Below are positions 27,641 to 37,845 of a stretch of 64,000 bases of DNA, piece after piece. The notes below the pieces were generated by a model, which worked only from the letters and a program-made list of their open reading frames with translations, ran no database searches and was not told the DNA's origin. Where the stretch lies: positions 124,585 through 188,584 of the forward strand of contig DASXTI010000062.1 in the NCBI GenBank assembly GCA_036505535.1. Direction: 5' to 3'. Position 1 is the stretch's first letter. Every line of letters begins with the position of its first letter. A program made the translations under genes and the position numbers. The stretch is from Thermoanaerobaculia bacterium. Lineage in GTDB: Bacteria > Acidobacteriota > Thermoanaerobaculia > UBA5066 > Gp7-AA6.

Positions 27641-28938
27641 GCGTTCCTCCGTTCGACTCGAAGGGTTCGCCCGTCCACACCGGCGATGCGAACGATCTCT
27701 CCGGAAGCAAGATCCGCGGGGCCGACGGCGTCCCAGTACTCGCCATAGACGTGAACCGTGCCCGGGCGCCCCGGCTCGCCAAACCCGCTCACCACGCGGG
27801 CCGATTCGCCCACCATCGCGTGCAGGCCGGTCCGGGCGGGGATCCGGCGCAGTTGCACCGTCTTCCACGTCAGCAGGCTCACGATGCCGAGCGTCACGAG
27901 AAGGCCGGGCACGATGATCGAGAGATCCACGCTATAGGAACCTTCTTTTCCCGATCCGGAAAAGAGCAGCAGGGATCCCGCCACGAGCGCGATCGCTCCT
28001 CCGAGCGCGAGCAGGCCGTGGCTGGCGACCTTGATCTCGGCGACGAAGAGAAGAATCGCAAAGAGAATCAGAGCGAGCCCCGCCAGGTTCACCGGGAGGA
28101 CCGAAAACGCGTAGAACGCCAGCAGCAGCGAGATCCCGCCCACCACGCCGGGCAGAATCGCTCCGGGTGTCGAGAGCTCGAAGTAGAGTCCCACCAGTCC
28201 GAGAAGGAAGAGCACGTAGGCGACGTTGGGGTGGGAGACGACGCCGAGGAGCTTTTCCATCTCCCCCATGTCGTGGTTCTCGATTCGAAACCCCTTCAGT
28301 GCGAGAGTCGATCCGGCGCCGCTCACGCGCTGGACTCGCCGACCTTCGAGCTGATTGACCAGGTCGGGCACGTCCCGGCAGATCAGCTCGATGAGCCCGC
28401 CTTCCTTCGCCTCGGTCTCGGTATAGGAGATACTCTTGGCGACCGCGGCCTCGGCCTTCTCGACATTACGCCCCCGTTGACGGGCGAGGGTCCTCACGAA
28501 GGCGCGGGCGTCCTGCTCCGCTTTCTCGTTCATCCTCTTCGGCAAGTCTTCTCCCTCGCCCCCCACCGGATGCGCCGCTCCCGTGTTCGTCCCGGGTGCC
28601 ATCGCCGCGACGTCCCCGGAGAGCAGCAGAAAGAATCCGGCCGAGGCCGCCTGAGCGCCCGCCGGCGAAACGTACGTCGCGACCGGGACTTTCGAGAGCA
28701 GGACCGCGGTGCTCATCTCGCGCGTCGATGTCAAGAGGCCTCCGGGTGTCGAGAGCGTGAGAATGACGAGCGCCGCGTTCTCCTTCTCCGCCTCGGATAA
28801 GACCCTTTTCAGGTAGTTCGCCGAAGCCGGATGAATCGGGGTATCGATCCGTCCCACGATGACGAGAGGCGTCGCCGCCACAAGGAAAGCCGCCGCCGCA
28901 AGGAGGAGTGAGGCCGCAAGCAACGCCCGCGTTCTCAT
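27637..28938 (-). CDS. NfeD-family membrane-bound serine protease (ClpP-fold) partner of stomatin
   Basis: Signal/[24 protein letters not shown]. ClpP-like region ([20 protein letters not shown]). Multi-TM middle and C-terminal OB-fold. ATGA overlap with the stomatin gene. Confidence 0.8.
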   Translation of the reverse strand: MRTRALLAASLLLAAAAFLVAATPLVIVGRIDTPIHPASANYLKRVLSEAEKENAALVILTLSTPGGLLTSTREMSTAVLLSKVPVATYVSPAGAQAASAGFFLLLSGDVAAMAPGTNTGAAHPVGGEGEDLPKRMNEKAEQDARAFVRTLARQRGRNVEKAEAAVAKSISYTETEAKEGGLIELICRDVPDLVNQLEGRRVQRVSGAGSTLALKGFRIENHDMGEMEKLLGVVSHPNVAYVLFLLGLVGLYFELSTPGAILPGVVGGISLLLAFYAFSVLPVNLAGLALILFAILLFVAEIKVASHGLLALGGAIALVAGSLLLFSGSGKEGSYSVDLSIIVPGLLVTLGIVSLLTWKTVQLRRIPARTGLHAMVGESARVVSGFGEPGRPGTVHVYGEYWDAVGPADLASGEIVRIAGVDGRTLRVERRNA

Positions 28939-29002
28939 CGAGGTTCCGAGCATACCGCAACCGGCGCGGAGAAGCCGCTCACGGGCCGGGTTATAAAGTC
29001 CC

Positions 29003-29905
29003 GTGCGCATCCGACCGACAGAAGCGATCCATTTCGCGGCCCTGGGAGTTCTGACGACGCTGGCGGTCCTCGTGCGCGGCCGGCTCGCCGATCCCTCGGG
29101 ACTGCTCCGCCGCTATGGCGCTCTGGCCGTCTGCCTTCTGGTCATCGCAGCGCTCGCGCGCCGCATCGACCGCCTCCCCGCCGCGCTTCAGATTCTGGTC
29201 GACTTCTACCCTGCCGCGCTTCTGCCTATCCTGTTCAACACACTCGAGCCGTTGATCGAAGCGTCGCGCGGAGACGCGCGCGACCGGATACTGATTGCCG
29301 CCGACCGAGCCATCTTCGGCGTCGACGTCACCGTCTGGCTACAGCGGCTGGCACACCCGTGGTTGAGCGACCTGATGTTCGTCTTCTACGCGACCTACTA
29401 CTTCATCGCGCTCACGCTCGGCGCGATCCTCTGGGCGCGGAACCGGGCAACCGCCCGCCGCTTCATCTTCACGCTCATGGTCGTCTATTACGTCTCGTAC
29501 GCCGGTTATTTCACGATTCCCGCGCACGGGCCCCGGTCGGCGCAGTCCTCCGAGTACACCGTGTCGCTCACGACGACGCCCGTCTCGAATGCGATCTCCG
29601 AAACGATCGACAGCCTGGAGAAGACGAAGTTCGACGTCTTTCCTTCGGGTCACACGATGGTGGCCGTGGCCGTGCTCCTGGTGGCCTGGAGGCAGGCACG
29701 CCGCGCTTTCTGGCTCCTGCTGCCGGTCGCCTCCGGCCTCGTCATATCGACGGTTTACTGCCGGTATCACTATGCCGTCGACGTGATCGCCGGGACGCTG
29801 CTGGCGTTCGTGACGGTACCCATCGGAGACTGGGTCTACGACAAACTCGCGGGGAGGTTTGATTTCGTAGGGGCGGGGGTGAACGCCGGCCGTTGGCCGG
29901 CGTAG
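29003..29905 (+). CDS. PAP2-superfamily integral membrane protein (phosphatase/headgroup transferase-like)
   Basis: Six predicted TM helices. PAP2 motifs PSGHT and CRYHYAVDV (H..D). GTG start. Confidence 0.7.
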   Translation: MRIRPTEAIHFAALGVLTTLAVLVRGRLADPSGLLRRYGALAVCLLVIAALARRIDRLPAALQILVDFYPAALLPILFNTLEPLIEASRGDARDRILIAADRAIFGVDVTVWLQRLAHPWLSDLMFVFYATYYFIALTLGAILWARNRATARRFIFTLMVVYYVSYAGYFTIPAHGPRSAQSSEYTVSLTTTPVSNAISETIDSLEKTKFDVFPSGHTMVAVAVLLVAWRQARRAFWLLLPVASGLVISTVYCRYHYAVDVIAGTLLAFVTVPIGDWVYDKLAGRFDFVGAGVNAGRWPA

Positions 29906-30047
29906 CCTACTGTCGTGGGCCTGCCGCTGGTGGTCGGCTTGTCCCCGCTCGCGGGCGGCCGCGAGCCGACCGCCGGAGTTAAACCCTCAGCAGTAGGCAA
30001 CGCCGGCGTTAGCCGGCGGTCACGGCCGCCCCTCCAGCGGTAGGAGC
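29906..30047. terminator. GC-rich nested stem-loops between convergent PAP2 and GNAT genes
   Basis: gcctactg...cagtaggc outer pair, ggtcggc..gctcgcg ggcggc cgcgagc..gccgacc inner hairpin, cgccggcgttagccggcg second hairpin. No U-tract. Confidence 0.5.
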
Positions 30048-31196
30048 CTACAGCGCCTTTTCGTAGATCCGGTAGGTCTTGTAGAGCCGCCCTCCCCACA
30101 GCTTGACGGCTCCGATGACGGGTTCGTTGTCCTCCAGGAGCCATGAGACCTCGGCGCCCGTGTAGCCTTTCTTGAGCAGGAATCGGAGCGAGTCGGCCAT
30201 CATGATCGACTGGATGCCCCGCAGCCGGTAGGGGCGCTTGATCCCGAGCGTCACCACCCTCACCGTCTTGATCTTCCGGACCGCGAGGATGAACTTCAGC
30301 CAGCCGAATGGGAGGAGCCGGCCGCCGGTGGGAGCGATCGCCCGGTTGTAGTCCGGCAACATGAGCATGAAGGCGATAGGCTCGAAGGAGCCGTCGGAGC
30401 GCTTCGCCTCGGCCAACCAGAGCAATTCCTCAACGAGGAGGGGCTTCAAACGCTTAGCCATGAAATCCATCTCTTCGGAAGTCATCGGAACGAAGCCCCA
30501 GTTCTTCTCCCATGCTTCGTTGTAAACCTCCCGGATCTTGGGGAGGTCCGTCGCGAGACCTCCCTTGGAAACGTTGCGCACGAGGATCTCCGTCTCGCGC
30601 TTGCGGAATCGTTCGGCGACCCGCGATAGCCGATCGAGCGGTTTCTCCTCGAGCGGGAACCAGTAGGCGAGCAGGTCCTTGGCCTTCCGAAGGCCCTGCC
30701 CCTCGATCAAGGGGATGTAGTACCGCGGGTTGTAGGTCGTCATCAGGACGGGCGGGGAATCGAAGCCATCCACGAGCAGGCCGGCCTCGTCGTTCAAAGT
30801 CGGGTTGGTCGGCCCTCGAAGAACCTTCATCTTCCGCTCGCGCCCCCAGACCGACGCGGCGTCGAACAATTTGGCCGCGACATCGGGATCGTCGGCCGAC
30901 TCGAAGAATCCGAAAAACGCGGTCTTCTCGGCGTGAAAGGAATTGTGGCTGCGATCCAGGATCGCCGCGATACGGCCGACGTCTTTCCCGCCGCGGCGCG
31001 ACGCGAACAGTTGCATCTCACCATGCCGGAAGAACGGATTCTCGTCCTGGAAGACCTTGGCGACGTCCGATCGCAGAGGCGGGATCCAGTTCGGATCTCC
31101 CGCGTAGATGCCTTCGGCCACGTCGAAGAATCGCGAGAGGTCAGCCCGTCGGCGGCCGAGCCGCTCGATGACGACAGGCTCTCCGGCCGGGCTCAT
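30048..31196 (-). CDS. GNAT-fold N-acyltransferase of the ~380-aa FemAB/BioF2-associated (Acetyltransf_6-like) type
   Basis: Size and architecture (two tandem GNAT-like halves). Conserved YNEAWEKNWGFVPMTSEE segment. Lies directly downstream of the alpha-oxoamine synthase. Start at MSPAGEPVVIERLG (31196). Confidence 0.65.
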   Translation of the reverse strand: MSPAGEPVVIERLGRRRADLSRFFDVAEGIYAGDPNWIPPLRSDVAKVFQDENPFFRHGEMQLFASRRGGKDVGRIAAILDRSHNSFHAEKTAFFGFFESADDPDVAAKLFDAASVWGRERKMKVLRGPTNPTLNDEAGLLVDGFDSPPVLMTTYNPRYYIPLIEGQGLRKAKDLLAYWFPLEEKPLDRLSRVAERFRKRETEILVRNVSKGGLATDLPKIREVYNEAWEKNWGFVPMTSEEMDFMAKRLKPLLVEELLWLAEAKRSDGSFEPIAFMLMLPDYNRAIAPTGGRLLPFGWLKFILAVRKIKTVRVVTLGIKRPYRLRGIQSIMMADSLRFLLKKGYTGAEVSWLLEDNEPVIGAVKLWGGRLYKTYRIYEKAL

Positions 31197-31224
31197 CGCT
31201 CCTCCGCCGATTCGCCGCGGGCCT

Positions 31225-32466
31225 TTACGCCTGGCCGGTCCGGACGAGGCCGACCTCCCGGCCGACCTTCTCGAAGGCATCGAGCGCCCGCGTCAACTGC
31301 TCGCTCGTGTGCGTCGCCATCAGCGAGGTCCGGATGAGAGCCCGGCCCGGGGGCGTGGCGGGAGAAAGGACGCAGTTGACGAAGACGCCTTCTTCCTGCA
31401 GCCGATGCACCAGCCGGAGCGCCGTCAGATCTTCTCCGACGACGACAGGGACGACCGGTGTGCGCGATTCACCCGTGTCGAGCCCCAGAGAACGCAAACC
31501 CTCCGAGAAGAACCGGGTGTTCTCCCAGAGCTTCTCGCGGCGTTGCGGCTCTTTGTCCATGATCTCGATGGTGGCCAGCGCGGCGGCCGCGGACGCCGGC
31601 GGCGGCGCCGCCGAAAAGATGAGCGTTCTCGCGCGGTGTTTGATGTAGTCGATGACCGTCGAGTTGCCGGCGATGAAACCGCCGACCGAGGCCATCGATT
31701 TCGAAAACGTTCCCATGATCAGGTCGATCTCGTGCTCGAGGCCGAAGTGCTCGGCCGTCCCGCGACCCGTCCTGCCGAGGACGCCGATGCCGTGGGCGTC
31801 GTCGACCATGAGTCCGGCTGAGAACTCGCGGGCGGCGGAGAGGATTTCCGGAAGCGGTGCGACGTCTCCCTCCATCGAGAAGACGCCGTCGATGACGACG
31901 AGCCGGCCCTTGGCTTCGATATCGTTTCGCATCTGGCGGCGCAGATCCGCCGGATCGTTGTGCTTGAATTTCTTGACGACGCCGAAGGACAGCCGCGCGC
32001 CGTCGATGATGCAGGCGTGATCCTGTTTGTCCAGGTAGACGGTGTCTCCCTTGCCCGCCAGACAAGAGATCGCGCCGAGATTGACCTGGAAGCCCGTGGA
32101 AAACGTTACGGCCGCCTCCTGCCGCATGAACTCGGCCAGTCGCTCCTCCAACCTCACATGGAGGTCGAGGGTGCCGTTGAGAAAGCGGCTTCCAGCGCAG
32201 CCGGATCCATATTTCCGAATCGCCTCGATGGCCGCTTCCTTTACACGGGGATCGTTGGTCAAGCCGAGGTAGTTGTTCGATCCGAGCATGATCATCCGCC
32301 GGCCGCCGAGGATGACCTCCGGATCCTGGGCCGAATCGATGACGCGGAAGAATGAATAGAAACCGGTCTGCCGCACGCGCGTGGGTTCCTGGTACCGGTA
32401 ACATTTTTCGAAGACCGGAGGGGTTCCCACCGCCTCCGCCTTCAGCGCCCGGGCGACCTTACTCAT
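31225..32466 (-). CDS. alpha-oxoamine synthase, serine palmitoyltransferase-like (PLP-dependent)
   Basis: Block IMLGSNNYLGLTNDPRVKEAAIEAIRKYGSGCAGSRFLNGTLDLHVRLEERLAEF...FSTGFQVNLGAISCLAGKGDTVYLDKQDHACIIDG aligns closely to bacterial SPT (ILLGTYNYMGMTFDP...GSGTNGSRMLNGTFHDH...STGYMANLG...LDADSHASIYDG). PLP lysine context GTFSKS. RBS GGGAG 7 nt before ATG 32466. Confidence 0.85.
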   Translation of the reverse strand: MSKVARALKAEAVGTPPVFEKCYRYQEPTRVRQTGFYSFFRVIDSAQDPEVILGGRRMIMLGSNNYLGLTNDPRVKEAAIEAIRKYGSGCAGSRFLNGTLDLHVRLEERLAEFMRQEAAVTFSTGFQVNLGAISCLAGKGDTVYLDKQDHACIIDGARLSFGVVKKFKHNDPADLRRQMRNDIEAKGRLVVIDGVFSMEGDVAPLPEILSAAREFSAGLMVDDAHGIGVLGRTGRGTAEHFGLEHEIDLIMGTFSKSMASVGGFIAGNSTVIDYIKHRARTLIFSAAPPPASAAAALATIEIMDKEPQRREKLWENTRFFSEGLRSLGLDTGESRTPVVPVVVGEDLTALRLVHRLQEEGVFVNCVLSPATPPGRALIRTSLMATHTSEQLTRALDAFEKVGREVGLVRTGQA

Positions 32467-32512
32467 CCGTTCTCCCGCCTGTGGTGCCAAACCCGCGGGA
32501 TCTTAGCAAATT

Positions 32513-33508
32513 TTACAAAACAGCGCCGGGCAGCCATCCGGCGCGGCGGTACCAATCCCAAGTGGACCGAAGGCCCGACTCGAGTGGCGTCGAGGGAGGA
32601 AGACCCAGGGCGTCGCGGATGGGAGCGGGGTCGCACAGCCAGTCTCCCGCGAGGATCTCTCTGGCCTTGTCGGCATTGAATGGCTGGGAGCGGCGCGTGA
32701 TCGCCTCGACAGCCGTCTGGGCGAGACCAAGGAGGCGCACCGCCCCGGAAGGCACACCGATGAGACGGGCGCCGCGGGCCGGCAGCCTGGCGATCGCCTC
32801 GGCCAATTCCCTGAGGCTCACGGGCTCCGGATCGCACAGAAAGCCCGTCCTCCCCGCGAGGTCCGCCCGTGAGGCCGCCTTTGCGATGGCGCGCGCCGCC
32901 TGATCGACACCGATGACCTGGATGCGCGTGCTCCCCGCGGGAACAGGTACCCATCCCGCCGCGGCCATCCGGAAGTAAACGAAGAGGCCGCGGTCGCCGG
33001 GCCCGTAAATGACCCCCGGTCGAAGAACGATCCATGGGCCCCTCCACGCGCGCTCGACCGCCTCCTCCCCTTCCCGCTTCGAGCGGCCATACCAGGAAAC
33101 CGGCCTCGCCGGATCGCCCTCGGATACCGGTTTACCGTTCCGCGCGGGGCCCGCGGCCGCCTGACTGGAGACGAGGAGAAACAGAGAATCGGGAGCCGTC
33201 TCGCCGGCCGCGGCCAAGAGGCGCTCCGTGCCGCGCGCATTGACCTCGCGGTACTCCCGGAGCGTTCGGGCCTTGACCAAGCCGGCGGCATGAACGATCG
33301 CGTCCGCGCCGGCGACGGCAGAGGCGAGCCGACTCGCCGTGGTCAGGTCACCCTCGATCACCTCTGCCGGCAGATCCTCGAGCAACCCGGCGCGCGCACG
33401 GGCTGTATCTCGCGCCAGCAACCGCACCGTCCAGCCTTCTTCGACGAGCGCCCGCGCGACATGGCCGCCGACGAAACCCGTGCCGCCGGTCAGAAAGGCG
33501 ATCGGCAT
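32513..33508 (-). CDS. NAD(P)-dependent epimerase/dehydratase-family (extended SDR) reductase
   Basis: TGGTGFVGGHV Rossmann motif. YGRSK catalytic tetrad element. Confidence 0.85.
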   Translation of the reverse strand: MPIAFLTGGTGFVGGHVARALVEEGWTVRLLARDTARARAGLLEDLPAEVIEGDLTTASRLASAVAGADAIVHAAGLVKARTLREYREVNARGTERLLAAAGETAPDSLFLLVSSQAAAGPARNGKPVSEGDPARPVSWYGRSKREGEEAVERAWRGPWIVLRPGVIYGPGDRGLFVYFRMAAAGWVPVPAGSTRIQVIGVDQAARAIAKAASRADLAGRTGFLCDPEPVSLRELAEAIARLPARGARLIGVPSGAVRLLGLAQTAVEAITRRSQPFNADKAREILAGDWLCDPAPIRDALGLPPSTPLESGLRSTWDWYRRAGWLPGAVL

Positions 33509-33566
33509 CTCGAAGCCCGAATTCTATTGACTCCGATCCTTCCAGAAGAGAGCATTCCGCGACTTT

Positions 33567-35711
33567 ATGGCAACTTCTCCGAAACTTGCCGGGGCTCCGG
33601 CACGTTTCGCCTTCCCGCTCCTTCTTCTGGCAAGTTCGCTGACGGCCGCGAGTCCGATCTCCCCTCCGGTCGTGGACTACACGATCGAAGTCAGCCTCGA
33701 TCCGAAGGAGAAGATCCTCGACGGCCGGGAGCGTCTGATCTGGAGGAATCCCTCCGGCGATCCGGTTCGGGAGCTTCAGTTTCATCTGTACTTGAACGCA
33801 TTCAAGAACAACCGATCGACGTTCATGCGTGAATCGGGGGGCCGGCTTCGCGGCGAGCGGGCGGGCCACGAGGAGGCGGACTGGGGCTGGATCGACGTGA
33901 CGTCGCTGAAGACCGCCTCGGGGACGGAGCTGAAGGCCGGCGCCCGCTTCATTCAGCCCGACGGGAATGATTTAGACGACGAGACCGTGCTTTCCGTGCC
34001 TCTTCGCTCGCCCGTCGGGCCGCACGGAGAGATCACGCTCGAGATCGCCTTCCGATCGAAGCTGCCCAAGATCTTCGCTCGGACCGGCGTCGTCCGTGAC
34101 TACTTTCTCGTCGGCCAGTGGTTTCCGAAGATCGGCGTGTATGAGCCCGCCGGGATGCGGGAGCGAAAGACCGGCGGCTGGAACTGCCACGCCTTCCACG
34201 CTAACTCCGAGTTCTATGCCGATTACGGCAACTTCGACGTCACCCTGACGGTCCCGTCGAGGTTCATCGTCGGAGCGACCGGGAAGCGCGTCTCCGAGGA
34301 GAAGAAGGGGGATCAGACCGCCTACCGCTACGTCCAGAAGGACGTCCACGACTTCGCCTGGACCGCGGATCCGCGATGGCTCGTGACCGAGTTCCGGTTC
34401 GATCCGGCCCGAGACGTTCCGAGCGGCTGGAGCGCGAAAGCGGCGGAAGAGCTCGGAATGTCCGAGGCGGAAATCGCCTTGAGACCCGTTTCTGTCCGGC
34501 TCCTTCTTCAGCCCGGGCACGAGCGGGCGCGCGAGCGCTACATCCGCTCGACGAAGGAAGGCCTCTCGTTCTACGGGCTCTGGTTCGGCGCGTACCCGTA
34601 CGAGACGCTCACGGTCGTGGACCCGCCGGACGACGGCCTGGGGTCCGGCGGCATGGAGTACCCCACGTTCATCACCGGCGTCGCGCCGAGTTTTCTGCTG
34701 CGTTGGCCGCTCGAAGGGGTGCGCGCCGTCGAGCTCGTCACGATCCACGAGTTCGGACACCAATACTGGTACGGGATGGTCGGCTCGAACGAGTTCGAGG
34801 AGTCCTGGCTCGACGAGGGCATCAACACCGATTCGGAGTATCGCGCCATGGCGCTCGCCTACGGTCCGCAGGACGTGGCCCGGCTCCCGGGCGGTCTGGG
34901 CTGCGACGAGATCTCGCTGGCTCACCTCCAGTATGCGGGACTGCCCAATCTCGATCCCATTCGGCGCTGCGCCTGGTGCTTTGCGAGCGGAAATTCCTAC
35001 GGCGTCAACTCCTACCCGAAGGTGGGTCTGCTCTTAGCGCAGCTGAAGAACGATCTGGGTGGCCGAACCTTCACGCGGGCGCAACGTGCGTACTTTCAGC
35101 AGTGGTCCTTCCGCCATCCGACGACCTCGGACTTCTTCGATGTGTTCGAGCGCGTCTCGGGCCGGGATCTCTCGACGTACCGCCGAAACCTCGTGGATGG
35201 CACCTCCCGTCTCGACTGGCGAGTCATCTCCGCAAAGAGCGACGAGGCGGAACGCGATTCCGGCGTCTTCGATCGAGCGGAAGGGCGAACCACGTGGGAA
35301 GGAGGAAATCCGGTGAAAGCGGGCGGGAACGGCGCCCGGAGCAAGTCGAGCAACGCGAGGAAGGAGAAGAAGGCTTACGACACTCTCGTTCTCTTCGGCA
35401 ATACCGGCGAATGGGCGCATGGAGCGAACGCACGCATGGTCTTCGCCGACGGAACGGTTGTGGACCGCATGTTGCCCGCGAGCGCCCGTTGGGTCCGCTA
35501 TCGGGTCCGTTACGGATCGAAGCTGGCGTGGGCGGCCGTCGATCCTGATCGCGTCAACGCCTGGGACGGGAATCGCCTGAACGACTCGAAGGTCCTCCGC
35601 TCGGGTCCGGGCGCGGCGAAGACGTTCGGCGCGCGGGCGAGTGTGAAGTATTTCGGTTGGATCTCATACCTCATCGGAATCTCCACGCAGCTTCTGTGGA
35701 CGCTGTCTTAG
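33567..35711 (+). CDS. secreted M1-like gluzincin metallopeptidase
   Basis: Signal peptide. HEFGHQYWYG...E zinc-binding motif (HExxH-18-E). Confidence 0.75.
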   Translation: MATSPKLAGAPARFAFPLLLLASSLTAASPISPPVVDYTIEVSLDPKEKILDGRERLIWRNPSGDPVRELQFHLYLNAFKNNRSTFMRESGGRLRGERAGHEEADWGWIDVTSLKTASGTELKAGARFIQPDGNDLDDETVLSVPLRSPVGPHGEITLEIAFRSKLPKIFARTGVVRDYFLVGQWFPKIGVYEPAGMRERKTGGWNCHAFHANSEFYADYGNFDVTLTVPSRFIVGATGKRVSEEKKGDQTAYRYVQKDVHDFAWTADPRWLVTEFRFDPARDVPSGWSAKAAEELGMSEAEIALRPVSVRLLLQPGHERARERYIRSTKEGLSFYGLWFGAYPYETLTVVDPPDDGLGSGGMEYPTFITGVAPSFLLRWPLEGVRAVELVTIHEFGHQYWYGMVGSNEFEESWLDEGINTDSEYRAMALAYGPQDVARLPGGLGCDEISLAHLQYAGLPNLDPIRRCAWCFASGNSYGVNSYPKVGLLLAQLKNDLGGRTFTRAQRAYFQQWSFRHPTTSDFFDVFERVSGRDLSTYRRNLVDGTSRLDWRVISAKSDEAERDSGVFDRAEGRTTWEGGNPVKAGGNGARSKSSNARKEKKAYDTLVLFGNTGEWAHGANARMVFADGTVVDRMLPASARWVRYRVRYGSKLAWAAVDPDRVNAWDGNRLNDSKVLRSGPGAAKTFGARASVKYFGWISYLIGISTQLLWTLS

Positions 35712-35714
35712 TCG

Positions 35715-36658
35715 TGGAAGGCAGGGGCGCGCTGGCCTCCGGTTTCGCCGCGCTCTCGCACGGCAAGCTCATTCTGCTTCTGGCGGTAACGACGGCGGTC
35801 CTCGGCGTTTCGGGGGCGATGCCCCTCTCGCCCGCCCTTTCGGACTCCGTCGCGAGCACCCTCGCCGGCGACCACTTCATCCTCAACCATCCCACCTTCG
35901 CGCCCACCGATCTCTTCGACTTCCTCCACGAAAAGGCGGATGCGATCCGGGCGACCCGCCGCGCCGCGCTCTGGAGCGGTGTCCTCGGGGTCTTCCTTCA
36001 GCTTCTCTTCGCCGGCGGCATCATCGCGGTCGTCGGTCACGGTCCCTTCACGTTCGGCCAGTTCGTCGAGCCCGCGCGCCGAAACTTCTGGCACAACTTG
36101 AAGTGTTTCTTCCTGTTCGTCGTCGCCGCCGCAATCGTCCTCGGGCTCTGGTTTGGGGCGGGAGGCGCGATGACGAAGAGGCTCTTCCAGAATGTCCCAC
36201 CGGATGCGGCCGTCCGCTCGGTCGCACGGTGGGTCACGATTCTCGTGGGAGTGCTGCTGTTTGCGATTCTGTCGTTGCTCTACGATTTCGCCCGCGCGGC
36301 CCGCCGCCATTCGCCGACGATCGGTGCCTGGAGGGCCTTTCGGTTCGCCCGGCGGTCTCTCTCGGGCTCCTGGTTTCGGGCGCTCGGCCTTTTCCTCTTC
36401 TGGCTGGTCCTCGGGGGCGTGGCCGTGCTTCTCCTCTTCGCGATCGTCTGGGAGATGCCGGCCACATCGCCGATCGCGATCGCCCTGCTCATCCTGTTGC
36501 AGTTCAGTGTGCTCTGGGTTCGATCCGCCGTCCGGGTGGCCGCCTGGGGCTCCTACATCGGATTCCTCGAGCCACGCGCTCGACCGGCCCTCTCATCCAT
36601 GGCGCGCGTGACCTACACGGTCGCCCGGTCCGCCGCGGCGCCCCGAACCGCGGGCTAA
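35715..36658 (+). CDS. hypothetical polytopic membrane protein
   Basis: 6-8 hydrophobic helices. Start is uncertain: GTG 35715 just after the M1 peptidase stop, track start 35657 overlaps. Confidence 0.5.
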
Positions 36659-37845
36659 CGCGCGGCCCAGTCCGCGATGCGCCGTACGCCCTCCCGGATT
36701 CGTTCGGCGCGCGTCGCGAAGGAAAACCGCACACAGGCGTCTTCGCCGAAGGCGTCACCGGGCACCGTGGCCACATGCGCCTCGGTGAGCAGCCTCTCGG
36801 AGAACGCGGCGGATCCGGACACACGTTTGGCGTCGTAGAGCGGCGACACGTCCGCGAAGGCGTAGAAGGCCCCCTCCGGCATTGTGCAGCGTACGCCCCG
36901 AATGGCGGCGAGCCCTTCCACCATCACCTTCCGGCGAGCCTCGTAGCGAGCCAGCATCTCGGAGATCGAAGCGTTCGAGCTCTCGAGATCGGTCAATGCT
37001 TCTAGAGCCGCCGCCTGCGAGATCGAGGACGCATTGGAGGTGGTGTGACTCTGGTAGGAGGCGATCGCCGAGATCAGTTCCGCCGGACCGAGGGCCCAGC
37101 CGAGCCGCCAGCCGGTCATCGCATAGGTCTTCGACGCCGCCCCGGTGACGACGATCCGATTCGAACGGGACCGCAGCGCGGCGGCGGGGGCATGCGGGCG
37201 GCCGTCGTAGAGAAAGCGGTCGTACGTCTCGTCGGAGATGAGCCATGCTCCTCGCTCCGCGCACCAGTCCGCGATCCGCGAGAGCTCCGTCGCGTCGACG
37301 ACGGCGCCCGTGGGATTGTTGGGGGAGTTGAGAATGACGCCGCGCGTGGCCGCCGTCCCCCCCTTCTCCAGCGCCGCGGCGGTCGGATGCCAGCCCGATT
37401 CGAGCGTTGTGCGGACGAACACGGGGCGCGCTCCCGTCAAGCGCACCATCTCCGGAAAAGACACCCAGTACGGCGCGAACAGCGCCACTTCGTCTCCTTC
37501 CTCGAAGAGCGCCTGGCAGACGTTGAAGACCGCCTGCTTCGCTCCCGCCGTCACGATCACGTTTTCCCGAGCCGCCGATGCCCCCTGCTCTCGGACGTAC
37601 TTCTGGGCGATCGCGTCGCGCAGTGCCGCATCCCCCGCGACGTCGGTGTACTTGGTGCGCCCCGTTTCGATCGCTCGCACGCCGGCGCGTCCGACGAAGG
37701 CCGGGGTCGCGAAGTCGGGCTCGCCGATCGAGAAGTCGACAACGTCCGCTCCGGAGGCGGCAAGGGCCTTGGCCCTCCGGGCCATCGCCGTCGTCGAAGA
37801 GGGCGCCAGCGCGGCGATTCTCTTCGAGAGCGGCAGATCCGTCAT
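36655..37845 (-). CDS. aspartate/aromatic aminotransferase (class I PLP aminotransferase)
   Basis: NSPNNPTG and SKTYAMTGWRLG (PLP Lys) motifs. Confidence 0.85.
   Translation of the reverse strand: MTDLPLSKRIAALAPSSTTAMARRAKALAASGADVVDFSIGEPDFATPAFVGRAGVRAIETGRTKYTDVAGDAALRDAIAQKYVREQGASAARENVIVTAGAKQAVFNVCQALFEEGDEVALFAPYWVSFPEMVRLTGARPVFVRTTLESGWHPTAAALEKGGTAATRGVILNSPNNPTGAVVDATELSRIADWCAERGAWLISDETYDRFLYDGRPHAPAAALRSRSNRIVVTGAASKTYAMTGWRLGWALGPAELISAIASYQSHTTSNASSISQAAALEALTDLESSNASISEMLARYEARRKVMVEGLAAIRGVRCTMPEGAFYAFADVSPLYDAKRVSGSAAFSERLLTEAHVATVPGDAFGEDACVRFSFATRAERIREGVRRIADWAAR

Noticed and set aside
26835-27782. Upstream 300 codons of track ORF 26199..27782
   Set aside because: Arg/Gly/Pro-rich, and overlaps the well-supported stomatin gene on the same strand in another frame. 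Only the C-terminal TM+SPOR part (from GTG 26834) is credible.
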